64,000 nucleotides of DNA from the IMG/VR virus record IMGVR_UViG_3300032675_001827, positions 1 through 64,000 of that record. One strand, 5' to 3'. How positions within the stretch are numbered: position 1 is the first letter of the stretch; each line of letters begins with the position of its first letter. This stretch comes from a virus. A program made the position numbers and the translations under genes. The notes under the pieces are model-generated. The model searched no databases. It was given only the letters and a program-made list of their open reading frames with translations, and was not told where the DNA came from. This document shows, one piece after another, positions 52,159 to 64,000 of this stretch.

Positions 52159-52666
52159 TGTTCCCCATTGTTGCGTTTTCTTCTGTAGCACCTTCTGCAT
52201 TGGCATCTTCGACGGTCTCAGCGTCTTCGATCCGATCATCATATAGGTTCATAACTTCATCTTCTATGTCTTCTATGAAACGTCTTGGAATAAGCATTTC
52301 AACTATCCATACTTTTTCAACTTTAATCTTTGGCTTGTGTGTACCAGGTTGATAATCTGAAGGAGTTTTAACTTTAATAGGAACTTTTTCGTTTACCAAT
52401 TGGAATTTGATTTTAGTTCCATGCCCTAGTAATCGTACTCCGCCCATTGGGTCAGGCATCTGTTTGTGAGGCCATTTAAACGTAACACCTATCCAATAAG
52501 GTTTAACATAAGGGCCACCGATTAGCTCGCCATGCATCCAATTTTTAAACGCATATAGATCATTTCTATCAAGGTAGTCTTCAATAGAAATCATGATGTC
52601 TATAAGGTCTGGGCTATCACTAATCCTTTTTATGACCTGCAAAACTGTGTTGTTTGTATTATCCAT
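52139..52666 (-). CDS. Conserved phage protein
   Basis: LYAFKNW..GEL..GP, MPDP.GG.RL; late motif 52674-52679. Confidence 0.7.
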   Translation of the reverse strand: MDNTNNTVLQVIKRISDSPDLIDIMISIEDYLDRNDLYAFKNWMHGELIGGPYVKPYWIGVTFKWPHKQMPDPMGGVRLLGHGTKIKFQLVNEKVPIKVKTPSDYQPGTHKPKIKVEKVWIVEMLIPRRFIEDIEDEVMNLYDDRIEDAETVEDANAEGATEENATMGNNEQAEI

Positions 52667-52697
52667 TGCAATGTATTTATAATAACAACATCGTAAA

Positions 52698-53685
52698 TTA
52701 TTGTTTGTATTTTGTTATAACGACATCGCCGGGCTCGATACAAGTACTTTTGGTGCAGATAACAGGTTCTGTTAACAGTTGCACATTAGATAAATCACCA
52801 ATCAATTTAATTCCGCAAATTCCTGCATAAACTATACCCGATGGCACAACGCAAATGGTTTCCTGTCCAGCATGACATTTCCAACCTGTAAAATGATTGA
52901 GATCGTTTCTTATAATCCAATTTCTAGCATATATACGATTGAATTCTTCTTTTTCATCACTTTCGTTTATTAATGAAATTTTATCAAATGTTTTTGATTT
53001 CCATTTAGCGACGTGTAATTTTGTTATTTCCGGAGTTGTGTCATGTGTAGAGTCTTGTGTAGTTAGATAATTTCTTTGTGATTCTGTATAGCTCTGTGGA
53101 TCCTTTCTTTTTCCATTTGCATCTAGAGCGTTAATTACTTTTCTATTGGCCCTGTTACCAAATTTATCCCGAATAATTTCATATCGTTTCACACTGGCAT
53201 CCCAATCCTCTGCATCCATTGAGCAATTAAATCTCACGTCGCATTCTCTAGCCAACAGAAATTCTCCTAAAGCAACTATTTTTCCAATATCTGTTTCATT
53301 ATGTGTGGATAATATGACATTATCTGGTATTCTTTTTAGATTTTGCCACCATTGCACTGATCTTGACCCATTTGAGATTAGAACTGTATAGATTTCTGGG
53401 TCTAGCACTTCTATTATATCAGGCAAATGTTTATAGGTTGTGGGTTCTCCGCCTGTCAAAACCAGTGTTATTTTCTTGCCTTGTTTCTTTTGTTCGTTTA
53501 ACCAGTTACAAAATCCAAGGACTTTTTCAATAGGCTGAGAATTAAGACTTTTTACATCCTTTTTTATGCTGCCATTCTTCACAGTATGAACATGAAAAAT
53601 TGCAATACTCAGTTAATACCCAAAAAACTTCTAGATGTAGCTGTGTAGGCATAATACCGCACAGCTGAGAAAATTTACTGTTCAT
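52698..53685 (-). CDS. Radical SAM protein, frameshifted in an A-run near 53560
   Basis: CNFSCSYC lies in the frame starting at ATG 53685; TGGEPT, SNGSR, WKCHAG lie in the shifted frame. Confidence 0.8.
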
Positions 53686-53706
53686 ATAAAAGCTTTTATA
53701 ACCTTT

Positions 53707-54459
53707 CTAAGATTTTGCATACCATTTCAAAATTGTAGAAATTACAGGATGACGTTCTACATCATTTTTAGTAAATTCTATAACTTTAATACGATCGTGC
53801 GATTCAAATCTATTTAGAAAATCAGTTAATCCGTTTTTTTGTCCTCGATCACTTTGGTCAATGTCTCCGGTAACAATGATCTTGCTACCTTCGCCAATTC
53901 TAGTCAAAACGCTTACCATACTATTAGGTGTTGTATTTTGGCCTTCATCTACTATCACTATGCTGTTTTTCAAAGTACGTCCTCTGACAAACGCCATTGG
54001 TAGCAGTTCTATTACATTTTCTTCTATCATAGCCTGTATTTCTTTTACAGAATAATATTCTTCGAAAATTTCTAAAATAGGTCTGGTCCAAGGAGCCATT
54101 TTAGCATAAATGTCGCCTGGCAAAAATCCTATGTCCCTGTCATCTAATGCAATGTTAGGACGTGTTATAACAATTTTATTGATTACGTGTTCTTTGAGTT
54201 GTTGAATTGCATAAAGTGTGGCTATGTAACTCTTTCCAGTTCCTGCTGGACCGGTAGCAAAAACAATGTCTACCTTTGGATTATCAAGCGCATCTATGTA
54301 AGCTTCTTGCGCTAGGTTTTTAGGAAGTAAAATAACTTTTTGTTTTATTGGCTTTCTATAGTTGTTTATATCTATTATATTTTCTTTTGATTGATTGTTT
54401 GAATAGCTGCGTGTTTTCTGATCTGCCTTATAACCGGCGTGCTTTAAACGTCTGCTCAA
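53707..54459 (-). CDS. phoH: PhoH-family ATPase
   Basis: GPAGTGKS, GFLPG, RGRT, DEGQN, LTRIG, GDIDQSD, VERH. Confidence 0.95.
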   Translation of the reverse strand: MSRRLKHAGYKADQKTRSYSNNQSKENIIDINNYRKPIKQKVILLPKNLAQEAYIDALDNPKVDIVFATGPAGTGKSYIATLYAIQQLKEHVINKIVITRPNIALDDRDIGFLPGDIYAKMAPWTRPILEIFEEYYSVKEIQAMIEENVIELLPMAFVRGRTLKNSIVIVDEGQNTTPNSMVSVLTRIGEGSKIIVTGDIDQSDRGQKNGLTDFLNRFESHDRIKVIEFTKNDVERHPVISTILKWYAKS

Positions 54460-54494
54460 TTGATTCTCCTTAATACAAAGGGTTCATGTCTATT

Positions 54495-54523
54495 TACCAG
54501 TTTGAATCAAATTCAAACTGGTA
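54495..54523. repeat. Perfect 13-bp inverted repeat
   Basis: TACCAGTTTGAAT-CAA-ATTCAAACTGGTA. Confidence 0.9.
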
Positions 54524-54532
54524 TCGCTATAG

Positions 54533-60508
<5,976 letters not shown>

Positions 60509-60521
60509 AAGGCAACTAAAA

Positions 60522-60869
60522 ATGGCAGGTTTACCACTTAATACATTTAAAAGCGTTCCGGTTCCGGTTACTACAGAAACTCAAGTTATATATACGGCAC
60601 CTTTGGGGATAACAAGTATAGTCCTTATGGCACAGGTATCAAATGTTGTACCTACTGCACCAGCTCCAACTGTTAATTTTATGCATTACAGTTATAAAAC
60701 AGGATTAACTACCTATATCGTTTACCAAGCAGTTGTTCCACCAAATGATGCTCTTATACTTTTAGGTGGAAAATTAGTTTTAGAGACCGGGGATCAAATA
60801 TCTGTAGTCGGCAGTGCAAACAGTGCTATGCAGTTTATAGCAAGCATATTAGAAACTGCAAACCAATAG
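60522..60869 (+). CDS. Small virion-associated protein
   Basis: LNTFKS, IYTAP, GKLVLETGD, SILET. Confidence 0.7.
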   Translation: MAGLPLNTFKSVPVPVTTETQVIYTAPLGITSIVLMAQVSNVVPTAPAPTVNFMHYSYKTGLTTYIVYQAVVPPNDALILLGGKLVLETGDQISVVGSANSAMQFIASILETANQ

Positions 60870-60924
60870 CATAATATATTCATATTCTCGCTAAATACCT
60901 AATAATTAAATCTTAAGGTTCTAA

Positions 60925-64000
<3,076 letters not shown>

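Overview
This is a gene-dense, AT-rich segment of a large (jumbo-type) T4-like tailed phage genome in the standard genetic code. The DnaK and L33 sequences suggest an alphaproteobacterial host (inference). Phage markers are rIIA/rIIB, phoH, dCMP deaminase, a Nudix hydrolase, several homing endonucleases, collagen-like and very large virion proteins, and about 20 T4-type late-promoter motifs (TAAATA). The window is rich in host-like genes: dnaK (split by a group I intron carrying a GIY-YIG endonuclease), a dnaJ-like gene, clpA, def, infA, rpmG, a Thg1-like guanylyltransferase, lpxC, and a glycan cluster containing a RuBisCO-like protein. The strongest candidates for new biology are three. (i) A domain-1-less RF1-type release factor gene has an in-frame UGA at a conserved Trp position, followed by a stem-loop. 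(ii) A form IV RuBisCO-like protein sits in a sugar-nucleotide/glycosyltransferase cluster that may decorate Thr/Ser-rich collagen fibres. (iii) Two antisense homing endonucleases sit back-to-back with separately initiated C-terminal fragments of their target genes. Caveat: several single-base frameshifts, two in-frame TAGs and a GC-content junction near 1.75 kb suggest assembly errors, so single-codon claims need read-level checks. No tRNA, rRNA or CRISPR array was seen.
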